From assembly GCA_963846195.1 (NCBI GenBank), contig CAWJVG010000018.1, forward strand, positions 42,189 through 106,188: a stretch of 64,000 nucleotides of DNA, read 5' to 3'. Of this stretch, positions 9,568-19,671 are shown one piece after another; position 1 is the first letter of the stretch, and each line of letters begins with the position of its first letter. The stretch is from an uncultured Verrucomicrobiae bacterium (GTDB lineage Bacteria; Verrucomicrobiota; Verrucomicrobiia; Chthoniobacterales; JAFAMB01). The position numbers and the translations under genes are program-made. The notes beneath the pieces were generated by a model that was given only the letters and a program-made list of their open reading frames with translations, was not told the DNA's origin and ran no database searches.

Positions 9568-10659
9568 ATGACCGCCACTGAGCACACAGACTCCGTCAAT
9601 TCAAAAATTCTCGCGGTGTCAGAAGACCAGATCCAGGGATTCGTCCGTGAACCATTCAAGGAAATCGCCAGGTTGTCCGGTATTGACGAGGAAGTGGTTT
9701 TGGACCGGATCAAGGCGATGCTCGCCGCGGGAACGATTCGACGGGTCCGCCAAACGCTCCTGGCGACCAACCTGGCGGAGGGAGCACTGGTAGCCTGGAA
9801 AGTGCAGCCGCAAAAGCTCGAGCAGGCGTTTGACTACATGTTTCGGCGAGATCCCTTTTCCGGACACGTGGTTCTTCGATCGACCGATTCGGAGACTGCC
9901 GGCAGCGAGTACAAGTTGTGGACGACCGTCAAGGTTCCGCAGGGTTTCGGACTTGAAAAGCACACGAGCATTTTGCTGCGAGAGGTCGGGGGCGAGAAAT
10001 TCAATATCATGCCGGCGAAAGGTATCTTCACGCTTGGCGTCGGACATGTCCGACGCAAGACGATACAACCAGGTTCGCGGGCGGATCGTCCGGCGCAAAT
10101 GATTCGAACTCATGTCGTGGAGATGAACGATCTGGAATGGCGGGTTCTGACCTCCTTGAAGAGGGAATTCACGGCTCAGGAGGTCAAGGCAAATCCATGG
10201 AGAGATCGTGCGAAAGAGGCCGATTTGCCTTTGGAGTTATTTTTCTCCGTGGCCGAGAATCTCGATAGACGAAAGATTATCGGGAGATTTTCGACATTCC
10301 TGGAACATGTTAAACCATCGGCCGGAGGGATCCGGGTGACTCGATTCAACGGGCTCTTTCATTGGGCCGTACCTTCCGGGATGGAAATCCAGGCTGGATC
10401 CGAGGTCGGCCGACATGAAATTCTGACCCACTGCTACTGGCGGGAAGCAGGGATAGAATTCGGAAACGTGAATATCATGGCGGTGGCGCATGGGACCGAA
10501 AAACAGTGGCTTCTTGACCACAAAGCGGCGATTGACAAGCACCTGGTTGCGTGTGGAATCCCGGTATCGTACACAAACGTGTTCTGGGGTGGTCGATCAG
10601 AAATCAAGCCGTCGGAGATTTCACCGATCGCCTATCGTGAGTGGCTGCAGGGTCACTGA
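9568..10659 (+). CDS. fused AhbA/AhbB (NirDL-like) siroheme decarboxylase, Lrp/AsnC fold
   Basis: Two HTH plus AsnC-like halves with GHVVLR and THCYWR (H-x3-R) and AVAHG motifs. Confidence 0.75.
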   Translation: MTATEHTDSVNSKILAVSEDQIQGFVREPFKEIARLSGIDEEVVLDRIKAMLAAGTIRRVRQTLLATNLAEGALVAWKVQPQKLEQAFDYMFRRDPFSGHVVLRSTDSETAGSEYKLWTTVKVPQGFGLEKHTSILLREVGGEKFNIMPAKGIFTLGVGHVRRKTIQPGSRADRPAQMIRTHVVEMNDLEWRVLTSLKREFTAQEVKANPWRDRAKEADLPLELFFSVAENLDRRKIIGRFSTFLEHVKPSAGGIRVTRFNGLFHWAVPSGMEIQAGSEVGRHEILTHCYWREAGIEFGNVNIMAVAHGTEKQWLLDHKAAIDKHLVACGIPVSYTNVFWGGRSEIKPSEISPIAYREWLQGH

Positions 10660-10678
10660 TGCACCAAGTCTGTGACTG
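10660..10678. repeat. partial copy of the TGCACCAAGTC palindrome family
   Basis: TGCACCAAGTCTGTGACTG lies directly after the TGA stop. Confidence 0.55.
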
Positions 10679-10803
10679 CAGGTATTTCGTGGCAGGACCC
10701 AAGGGCAGATCGCCGGTAGGCCAGCATCAGTCCAGGGTCCCGGTCTGTTTGTAATTTCCGTCAAGCCACGCGATGATATGTGGCCCCCACGGAAGTTTTG
10801 CTC

Positions 10804-13485
10804 ATGCGAAAGCCGATCGCTCTGTTTTTACTTGGTTTTGTCGCAACCTCCTCTCATGCCGAAAACAGAACGAATGTTCAATCAACCTCGACCGCGCTTA
10901 CCAAAGATGTTGTTCCGCGAAGTTACCTGATCCATTTGGAGCCAAACATCGAGACCCGGGTTACGGATGGCGTCGAGTCGATTGAAATCGAAGTACTGAA
11001 ACCGACGAAACGGATTGTCCTCAATGCGTTGGAGACGCAGATTGCCAAGGCGACAATCGAGATCGGCGATCACGCGGAGGAGCTTACACCCCAGTTTGAT
11101 TCGAATCAGCAGACTGTCTCATTCGATTTGTCGAACATATTGCAAGCCGGGAGCTTCACGCTGTCGATCAAGTTTCAGAGCCAGATTATCGAAGCGCCAC
11201 ACGGATTGTTTCTCCGCTCATACGAGGCGCCGCTTGGTACAGTCGAACAGCTTTTGACGACTGGGCTTCAGCCATCCGATGCGAGGCGGATCTTTCCATG
11301 TTGGGATGAAGCGACCTTTCCGGCCAGGATCCAACTTAGCGTCAAGACGGCCAAACAAAATACGGTCCGGTCCAATATGCCCGCTCTGCTGGAGCAGCCA
11401 TTCGGACCAGATCAGAAGATCGTGGTATTTGCTGAAACTCCATCTATAACATGTGACACGATATTCCTCGCATCTGGGAAACTCGAATGGCTCGGTGACG
11501 AAGCTGCCGGAGTCAAACTCAGGATCGCAACGGCACCCGGCAAGAAAGAGTCGGCGAAGTATGCGATGGAGGTGACCAGGCAGCTCCTGCCCTTCCTGAA
11601 CAATTATTTTGCGGTCCCTTTCCCGCTTCCAGAGCTGGATCAGATCGCTTTGCCGGTCGACGCCAACGAGACCAGAGAGAATTGCGGCCAAATCGTTTTT
11701 GACGAGGACTCACTGTTATGCGAACCCGACACCAAGTACGAATCCGCCAGACAGAGAATCTTTTTAGCGGTCGCTCACCATATTGCGCGCCAATGGTTCG
11801 GCAATTTCGTGACGAGGACCTCATGGGAAGATCCCTGGCTGGAAGAAGGCTTCGCGTCCTGGATGGCAAAAAAAGCCGCCGACCATTTCAACCCGCAGTG
11901 GAAAATCTGGTTGCACGCCGCGGTTCAGAAAGACGCGGCGATGACGTTCGATGCAGGAGAAACAACGCACGCGATGAAACTCTCAGTCCCCGGCTCGGAG
12001 AAGACCCTGAATGGCTCTGATGTGACCATGAGCCAGAAACCCTGGCTGCTGCTGCGCATGCTCGAGGGTTTGTCGGGCGAAGATCTCTTTCGCGACGGCG
12101 TCCGAGCTTATCTTGCGGGACGACAAGGCTCAGACACCGGGAGCGAACTCCTCTGGGAATCGCTCGAACGCGCAACCGGCAAACCGATTAAGAAGATCGC
12201 GGTTGGGTGGACCGACCAACCCGGATTTCCCTTAATCAAAATAACGACGCAATGCGTGCAAGGAAACCGAGTAATTAGTCTAGAGCAGGTCCCATTCGTT
12301 CTCGAGCAACGAGGTCAAACACCCGAGCAATGGATCGTCCCGGTGCGGATTCGACCGGCCGCGAACTCAAATGAAATCAAGTACGCCTTGCTGGATAAAC
12401 TAGCGAACAGCTTCGACCTTACTGGCTGCGACGGGGTGATTCATGCGAACGCCGGAAACTTCGGATATTACCGAGTCTTGTACGAGCCCGTCCTTTTCAA
12501 TGAGTTGCAAAAGAACGTCGAAAAGCTCCCGGAAAGCGACCGTCTGAATATTCTTACGGATACCTGGGCACTGGTTGAGAGCGGGAATCTGCCCGCATCT
12601 TCGTACTTCGACCTTCTCGAGGAATTGCGGCGCGACAAGAGCTTCGCCGTCTGGCAAAGCGTTCTCGGGACGAGCGAAACGATGGGCGGGTTGAGATGGA
12701 TTGATCGTCTCGAGCAAGGACAATTGGGGCGAGCTGCCTACCAAAGATACATTTGCAGTCTGTTCGCCCCAAAATTTCGGGAGCTTGGCTGGGAGGGAAT
12801 GGCAGGCGAAGATGCCGAAACCCAGGGCTACCGCGCAATTCTGATTGAGACGTTGGGATTTTTTGGCGATCGAAACGTCATTGACGAGTCGTTCAAACGA
12901 TTTGAAAACTACCGGGAAGACCCATCATCGCTGGCGCCCGATCTCCGGTCTGCCGTCTTCGCAATCGTAGGTCGTTACAGTTCTCAAGCTGTGCATCACG
13001 AGCTTCTATCGATGGCTGGCAATACACGGAATGTCGATGAAAAGCGGATGTATCTACGAGCGCTGAGCGCCACCCTTGATCCGGAATTGGCACGAGACAC
13101 CTTACAATACCTCCTGTCTGACAAAGTGAAATCCGGCGACGCCTTTCTGGCCCTGGCGAATTTTTGTGGAGAAGGCGAACACCCGGACATTGCCTGGTCG
13201 TTCGCCACGGACCACCTGAAAGAATTGCAGGAGCGATTTGGAACCCCTGGCCAAAGCCGGTTGCTGGCGTCGATCGCGAGCGGGTTCACCGACGATAAGC
13301 AAGCTGACGAGGTATCAGCTTTCGTCCAGGCCAATCTTTCGCCGGCCGCTTTTCGCGAGGCGGAGAACTCCATCGCGCAAATTCGATTCGGATCAGAACT
13401 CAAAGCGAAAACGTTGCCCGCGATCGATGACTGGATCAAAACCAAACTTGAAGGAAACCACGACAGTGCCTCGCAGAATCCTTAG
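10804..13485 (+). CDS. M1 aminopeptidase-like protein with ERAP1-like C-terminus and degenerate active site
   Basis: Signal peptide; DARRIFPCWDE, WTDQPGFP, GYYRVLY. GAMEN reads ETREN and HEXXH reads HHIAR. Confidence 0.88.
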   Translation: MRKPIALFLLGFVATSSHAENRTNVQSTSTALTKDVVPRSYLIHLEPNIETRVTDGVESIEIEVLKPTKRIVLNALETQIAKATIEIGDHAEELTPQFDSNQQTVSFDLSNILQAGSFTLSIKFQSQIIEAPHGLFLRSYEAPLGTVEQLLTTGLQPSDARRIFPCWDEATFPARIQLSVKTAKQNTVRSNMPALLEQPFGPDQKIVVFAETPSITCDTIFLASGKLEWLGDEAAGVKLRIATAPGKKESAKYAMEVTRQLLPFLNNYFAVPFPLPELDQIALPVDANETRENCGQIVFDEDSLLCEPDTKYESARQRIFLAVAHHIARQWFGNFVTRTSWEDPWLEEGFASWMAKKAADHFNPQWKIWLHAAVQKDAAMTFDAGETTHAMKLSVPGSEKTLNGSDVTMSQKPWLLLRMLEGLSGEDLFRDGVRAYLAGRQGSDTGSELLWESLERATGKPIKKIAVGWTDQPGFPLIKITTQCVQGNRVISLEQVPFVLEQRGQTPEQWIVPVRIRPAANSNEIKYALLDKLANSFDLTGCDGVIHANAGNFGYYRVLYEPVLFNELQKNVEKLPESDRLNILTDTWALVESGNLPASSYFDLLEELRRDKSFAVWQSVLGTSETMGGLRWIDRLEQGQLGRAAYQRYICSLFAPKFRELGWEGMAGEDAETQGYRAILIETLGFFGDRNVIDESFKRFENYREDPSSLAPDLRSAVFAIVGRYSSQAVHHELLSMAGNTRNVDEKRMYLRALSATLDPELARDTLQYLLSDKVKSGDAFLALANFCGEGEHPDIAWSFATDHLKELQERFGTPGQSRLLASIASGFTDDKQADEVSAFVQANLSPAAFREAENSIAQIRFGSELKAKTLPAIDDWIKTKLEGNHDSASQNP

Positions 13486-14047
13486 AGCTTGCACGCCGCG
13501 CCTCTGCTCCAAGTCGATGTGTCGAACCCTTAAATCCAGCTTCTGGTCGATCGTCGACTTGCCAGGATGGCATCGCGAGGACACAAAGTTGATCGCTCGG
13601 GGACCGGAACGTTAAGAAGCGCGAGTTCCTCGCAAGCTGCCGGTCTTGTTCGGCCTCACCAGTCATCGCGGCTAAGTAGGCCTCCGAAGATCTTGTGGAG
13701 GAAAATTGGAAGAGAAAGGGGAATCGTTTCATAGGATCTTTGGCTTGTTTCCGACCTACCGGCCGAGGCATTAGGCGAACTCTTTGAGCCGCTCCGGAAA
13801 TGTGTTCCGGGATTTCAATGGAACTCGAATTCATCATGATCGTTTTGTCCGTTTCTTTGCGGTTTCTGGTTACAGCAGATTTACCGGCTGCTACTGGGTA
13901 CAAATGAATTCCGCGACCCCCGTTTCATTACTTCACAAAAAAAGTCAAAAAACGGAAAATGCTTCGTCAGAAAGCCATTTCCCAAGAGAAGTGAAAAGGA
14001 TTGAGGATTTCCCGAGAACCGACTATAAGAAGCCCGCGGGTGGAAGA

Positions 14048-14818
14048 GTGAAAGCGGGCAACTCTACTTCGACTGGTGGGAAGGGAGTGTTTCGGACCAC
14101 GCGATGGAGTCTGATCTTGAACTCTATCGACGTTCAAGCTCCGGAATCCCGGTCGGCATTATCTGAACTCTGCAAACTGTATTGGTATCCTCTCTACGCG
14201 TTCGCCAGACGAAGCGGGTATGACGCTTCCGATGCGGAGGATCTGACGCAGAGTTTTTTCCTTCACCTGTTGGAAAAGGAGGCTTTCAGCCGGGTCGGCC
14301 CAGAGAAGGGAAGATTCCGTTCCTTTTTGCTTGTCTCTTTCAAAAATCATATGTCCGTTTTGCGGCATCGGGGCCGGGCCGCAAAGCGAGGGGGTGGCCG
14401 CCAAGTGGTTTCCCTCGACGAGGAGGATGCTGAGCATCGCTACCGGCTCGAATCCGTCGACGATCTTACTCCCGAGAAAGTTTTCGAAGCGCGTTGGGCA
14501 ACGACCTTACTGTCGCGAGTTACCAGTCACTTACGCGAAGAATATGTAACGCAAGGTAGAGCTCAAGTCTTTGACCGGCTCAAACTTTACCTGGTGAAGT
14601 CTGACTACGAAGACGTGAATTCTTATCGACGCGTTGCGGACGAACTCGGATTGAGCGTCGGAGGCGTCAAAACGGTGATTTTTCGCCTTCGGAAGCGCTT
14701 CACTGCTCTACTAAGAGAGGAGGTCGCCCAAACTTTGCTCGACCCCGCCGAGATCGATTCGGAGCTCCACGCTCTTTGTGAGGCGCTGCTGGCTGCCGAT
14801 AGCCGCCTAAGCGAATGA
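14048..14818 (+). CDS. ECF-type sigma-70 factor, kinase-associated type
   Basis: FRTTRW, YWYPLYAFARR, DAEDLTQSFF, RFRSFLL, sigma4 HTH. GTG 14048 aligns with the paralog's GTG start; ATGA overlap with the kinase. Confidence 0.9.
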   Translation: MKAGNSTSTGGKGVFRTTRWSLILNSIDVQAPESRSALSELCKLYWYPLYAFARRSGYDASDAEDLTQSFFLHLLEKEAFSRVGPEKGRFRSFLLVSFKNHMSVLRHRGRAAKRGGGRQVVSLDEEDAEHRYRLESVDDLTPEKVFEARWATTLLSRVTSHLREEYVTQGRAQVFDRLKLYLVKSDYEDVNSYRRVADELGLSVGGVKTVIFRLRKRFTALLREEVAQTLLDPAEIDSELHALCEALLAADSRLSE

Positions 14819-17659
14819 AAGGCGCCTTCCAAGGGGCTAGCGATTCATCGGATCCCGGAGCTTTGGGCGAACAGAAAAAGGAAGATCCGCACGAAAATCT
14901 GGTCTGCCCCAAGTGTGGATTGAAATTGGGAGAAGAAACTCCGGCCCAACTCTGTCCGGTCTGCCTTTTGCGGATGTCCTTTGAAATTGACTCGGACGAC
15001 CCATCTGAATCGGCTGGAGAGCCTGGTAATGCGATTTCGGCACTGGAGCAGGCTGTCCCGCCCTCTGAACCGCCTGGCCATATTTATGGCCATTTCCGAA
15101 TCGAGATTAAAGAGGACGGTACGCCGTTCGAACTAGGGCGGGGTGCCATGGGAGTGACGTATAAGGCGACCGACACCAATCTGCATCGTTTGGTGGCCTT
15201 GAAAGTGATTTCGCCCCAGTACGTAAGAAACGAATCGACCCGCCAGCGATTTGTCCGAGAGGCTCGGGCCGCCGCGTCCCTCAGACACGAGAACATCGCT
15301 TCCGTCTTTCACCTTGGCTCGACGGATCCTGGCTATTTTTACGCAATGGAGTTTGTCGAAGGACAAACTCTTGAGCAGATCATCGACTCGCGAGGTTCCC
15401 TCGCGCAGGAAGCGGCGCTCGAAATTACCTGGCAGGTTGCTGCCGCTCTCTCCGCGGCTCATCAGCACCAACTTGTTCACCGCGACATCAAGCCCGCCAA
15501 CCTGATGGTCAGCTTCAAATCAGATGACCATCCTATGGTAAAAGTTATCGACTTCGGGCTGGTAAAGACCGTTGGTATTTCACCTGCCGACTCTATTGGC
15601 ACGACTCCAGGCACTTTTTTTGGGACGATGCGCTACGCCAGTCCCGAACAGATCCGCCAAGGTCGAGCGGACATCCGTTCGGATATCTATTCTTTGGGCA
15701 TCACGCTATGGGAGACTTTGGTTGGAGAAGTTCCCTTCGATGGAACGCCGGGCGAGATCGCAGATCAACACCTCCACGCGCCGCTGCCGCTCGCAAAGGT
15801 CCAGCATCTGGGCCGTCCCGTGGTTTCCCTGCTGTGTAACATGCTCGAGAAGGATCCTGGTCGACGACCCCAGACCCCAGAGGAGCTACTCGCCATCCTG
15901 CGAGCGGTAGGAACCCACTCCGCTTCTGACCGCGGAGCCGTCGTTCTAGCCCGAAGGGTTGCTCCTGCCTTTCCTCATGACGTTTTTGCCACCAGAAAAA
16001 TGCTGATAGTTGCCGGAATCACGCTTTTCATGCTCGTTGCCATCGGTTTGTATTTTCTCGGGCCCAAATTCTCCTCCTCCCAAGTTGATCCAAAATCTGT
16101 CGCAGTGCTGCCGTTCGACTATGTCGGTGACGATAAACAAAATGAGTATTTCAGTGATGGGCTAACAACCGAAGTTATATTTCAGCTTTCAAAGATCTCT
16201 GATCTTCGCGTCATTTCGCGCAGTTCAGTACTGCGGTACAAGACCGTGGCGAACTCTGTCCGGACGCCACTTCGTCAGATCGGCGCAGAACTGGAGGTCG
16301 CAACCATTTTAGAGAGCACCGTTCAACGTCTGGAGAACCGGATCAAGATCACGACGATCCTATATGATGCACGAACGAGCCGTCGGCTTTGGGGAGATGC
16401 CTACGACCGCGAGATCAAAGATTTGTTTTCCATTCAAAGCGACGTGGCGGAAAACATCGCGGCTGCTCTTCAGGTGAGGCTCTCTGCGGACGAGCGCGCT
16501 AGTCTTCTGGAGAAACCTACCAACAATCTTACCGCTTACGACCTCTACCTTCGCGGCATGGCTTTGTACGGATTGCGCCACCAAGACGACAACGAAAACG
16601 CGATTGCGCTCTTCCGGCAGGCCGTCGACCAAGATCCCAAGTTCGCTCTAGGATATGTCGGTCTCGCGAACGCGTACATTGACCGGGTTGGCTCCTACGA
16701 GGGCGAGATGTTCTGGTTGGATTCGGCTGTCGACCTCTGCCGGAAGGCCATCGCGCTTGATCCAAGACTAGTTCGCGGGTACATCGGGCTGGCGCGAGCA
16801 TACGCCTACAATGGGATGGATAAGGAGGCGAGCGAATTAACAAAGAAGGCCCTTGAGCTTGCGCCCAACGATGTGGAATCGAACAAGCGCGCCCGATACC
16901 AAGCGGAGGAAGAGGGACGACTCGACGATGAGTTTAGCGCTCCTTCGCAAGTGTCACATACTCGGTCCGAAGGATCCCACGGAAACTTATCGAATCGCCC
17001 GGGGTTTGCCACAGTAGGCGACCGTGAACTGATGGAGAAGTGGATGCAACGAGCACTCGATCTCGAAGCGGATCCGAAGCGGCATCGGATGATCGAATGC
17101 GAGCGGATGATCTTCCGTGGGGATTACAGCGGGGCCCTCATCGGATTGCGGGATTTGCCCCTAGATCTTAGGTCTTACAATCACACGGTCCTCGAATTGA
17201 CCGTTGCGTGTTCGATGCGTGTCGGCGACTGGCCAACCGTTGTGCGTCTCGCGAGTGTTCGCTTGGAGCAGGGTTCTGGGAACTGGCTTTGGGACAGCTG
17301 GGCCTTGTCTTACCTCGGTCTTGCCGCGCGCCATGAGGGCCATGAGTCGGAAGCCCGAGAAAAAGGAGATCGTCTTCTAGCGTCTGTCCGAGAAGCTTTG
17401 GCGGGCGCAGAACCACATACCTGGGACACGCTTCTATCTGGCCTTAGGAAATCGGCTCCTGGACCGCAAAGAAGAGGCTTACGAACATTTGAGGATCATC
17501 TTTCCGCGCATCCTCAGAAATCTACCCCTGATGCGTGACGATCCCACGATCAACGTTTTTGTGTCAGATAACGAATTCCAAGGGATGATGTCCGCCGCCG
17601 AAAAAAAAGCTGAAGCAACGCGTCGCAGGATCGAGGATATCGAGAAAAGTTTTTTCTGA
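14815..17659 (+). CDS. Ser/Thr kinase with TM helix, TolB-N-like domain and TPR repeats (contains frameshifts)
   Basis: CPKC..CPVC, ELGRGAMG, HRDIKPAN, IDFG, YASPEQ; TM; KSVAVLPF..YFSDGLT; AYDLYLRG TPRs. The +1 frame after about 17430 continues to TGA 17659 with a typical LMRDDP..F tail. Confidence 0.88.
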
Positions 17660-17693
17660 TGAAGGGCGCTCCGAAGTTCGAGGACCGGTCTAC

Positions 17694-18590
17694 ATGTACT
17701 TACTATTGGGTGATGTAAATTCCGCCATCTGCGCGGCTACCCTGGAGTTGCTCAAGGTGCAGGGCTTCGATGCCCTCGTCATCGAGAATCCGTTGGCAAT
17801 TCCATGTCGCTTTGCGTGGCGGTTCGGTACATCAGATTCCGCCAGTTGGCTGAGGTGGGACGATGGAAAATGCATATCAGATAGAGATATCGAAGGAGTG
17901 CTGGTGGGCAGGCCGAAACCGATGCCCGCCGACGGGTGGAAACCGGCTGATTTGCGCTATGCCGAGATAGAATATCGGGCTGCTCTGCTTGCCTGGCTCT
18001 GGAGCTTGGATTGCCCCGTAATCAACCGCTACCCGCCCCTCCTATGGTTTCATCCAGACACTCCGCTCCTATTCTGGCAGGCCGGGCTTGGACAGTGTGG
18101 CTTATACACGCTCCCGTCATTGATTAGCAATGCAGAGCCAGAGATCCACGATTTCATCGCCGGTCTTGATGGTCGAACCGCGTATGCCCCCCTGAAGCTG
18201 AAGGGACACGAGACATGCTCGAGGCGTGATTTCGATCGCGATCAATTGGCTACTGTTCAAAACCAGATGCCGGTCCATCTCACCCAGGCTCCGATGGCCT
18301 CCCAGTCGGCGTGTGTCATCGGCTCGCGAGTCATCTGGGACGGTTCACCGCCCAGCGAAATGGAAAAACTCGAACTCGCACTCAAACGGTTCTGTGCCTT
18401 GCCAAGCCTGGATTTTGTCGAGTTCGCAATTGCTTCCACCGCTGAGGGAGCTCGAGTCGCGGCTGTGAAAGCGTTTCCTGGTATCGAAAAATTTGGCTTA
18501 GCAGCCCAGCGCGGAATCGTGACTGCATTGGTTCAACTGCTCACGCGAGCTAAGCTCTCTCCAGCCGAACCGGTGACCAGGTTGGAGTGA
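17694..18590 (+). CDS. ATP-grasp-like protein, degenerate
   Basis: N-terminal half resembles RimK/MvdD-type ligases (WLWSLDCPVINR, LPSLISN), but the canonical Lys and ExN motifs are missing. Confidence 0.65.
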   Translation: MYLLLGDVNSAICAATLELLKVQGFDALVIENPLAIPCRFAWRFGTSDSASWLRWDDGKCISDRDIEGVLVGRPKPMPADGWKPADLRYAEIEYRAALLAWLWSLDCPVINRYPPLLWFHPDTPLLFWQAGLGQCGLYTLPSLISNAEPEIHDFIAGLDGRTAYAPLKLKGHETCSRRDFDRDQLATVQNQMPVHLTQAPMASQSACVIGSRVIWDGSPPSEMEKLELALKRFCALPSLDFVEFAIASTAEGARVAAVKAFPGIEKFGLAAQRGIVTALVQLLTRAKLSPAEPVTRLE

Positions 18591-19528
18591 AGAACGATAT
18601 GATCCTCGTCTGCGGCGGGTTGGCGGATCCAGTGACTGAGCTTGTCTGTGCCAGGTTGGAAGATTGCGGCTATCCATATCGATTGCTCGATCTGGGCAGC
18701 TATCCTTCTTCGTTTCGCGTCAACTGGAATTGGCATTCCGGTTATCCCACCGGCTACATCACCTGCAAAGGCTGGCGACTCGATTTGAAGGAACTAAGCG
18801 GTGTCTACGTTCGTTATCCGGGGCCGGAAGGGCGAATCACGCCGCCAAATCTCGCGCCTGAATTTGCATCAGCCCTCTTCGGCGAGTGCGACACGGGCTT
18901 GGCAGCGCTCCTGGAAAGCCTTCCCTGCCCGGTGGTCAATCGCCGCGCGGGTGGCATTTCTAACTACAGCAAACCATACCAGGCCATGCACATTCGGCGC
19001 TGCGGTTTCAGCACGCCGCCCACGCTAATCACGAACGACCCGGACGCTGCCCGGCAATTCTACGAGGAATACGGCGGCCAAATTATCTACAAAAGCATAA
19101 GCGGCGTACGCTCGATCGTCCGTCAAATGACCGCGGAGCATCTCGCGCGCCTAGGGTTATTGCGCCATGCTCCCGCCCAACTCCAGGCCTTCGTCCCAGG
19201 GGATAACATTCGAGTTCACACTGTCGGCAACCAGGTATTTGCAACGCGGATCCGCTCAAAGGCGGTAGACTATCGCTACGCCCAAGAGGAGGGGCTTTCC
19301 GTTGGCATGGAGCCAACCATCTTGCCAGCCACGGTGGCCGCGGCGTGTCTTCGGGTGGCGCGCCATTTTCAGTTGTTTTTCGCCGGCATTGACCTTAAAC
19401 AAACACCCGAAGACGACTATTTTTGTCTCGAAGTGAATCCTTCTCCTGGGTTCCTGGTCTACGAACAGCAGACCGGCCAGCCGATCAGCCGCGCCCTCGC
19501 TGAACTACTTAATGGAGGGGGTACCTGA
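18587..19528 (+). CDS. ATP-grasp ligase (RimK / peptide-maturase-like)
   Basis: NYSKPYQ, TPPTLITND, IIYKSISG, QAFVPGDNIRVHTVG, DYRY, FAGIDL, LEVNPSPG; GTGA overlap with the upstream gene. Confidence 0.88.
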   Translation: MKNDMILVCGGLADPVTELVCARLEDCGYPYRLLDLGSYPSSFRVNWNWHSGYPTGYITCKGWRLDLKELSGVYVRYPGPEGRITPPNLAPEFASALFGECDTGLAALLESLPCPVVNRRAGGISNYSKPYQAMHIRRCGFSTPPTLITNDPDAARQFYEEYGGQIIYKSISGVRSIVRQMTAEHLARLGLLRHAPAQLQAFVPGDNIRVHTVGNQVFATRIRSKAVDYRYAQEEGLSVGMEPTILPATVAAACLRVARHFQLFFAGIDLKQTPEDDYFCLEVNPSPGFLVYEQQTGQPISRALAELLNGGGT

Positions 19529-19637
19529 TCAAAGCATTCGCGCGCTTCCAAAGCAGACCGGTCCAGGCAGCGTTTTCCGGCCCCGAAACCACTCCGAGAG
19601 AGTAATTACCTTACCGCGGAAAATGCCTCTCTACTAA

Positions 19638-19671
19638 CTAGTGCACCAAGTCCGAGGACTTGGCGCACTAA
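19638..19671. repeat. palindromic element CTAGTGCACCAAGTCC-GA-GGACTTGGCGCACTAA
   Basis: Near-perfect hairpin abutting the TAG stop of the G1 peptidase. Confidence 0.8.

Noticed and set aside
13784..14047. N-terminal extension of the ECF sigma in the ORF track
   Set aside because: AT-rich promoter-like sequence; paralog alignment supports GTG 14048.
19529..19667. Graspetide precursor next to the ATP-grasp genes
   Set aside because: No ORF with an RBS or Thr/Ser/Lys-Asp/Glu core repeats in either flanking gap.
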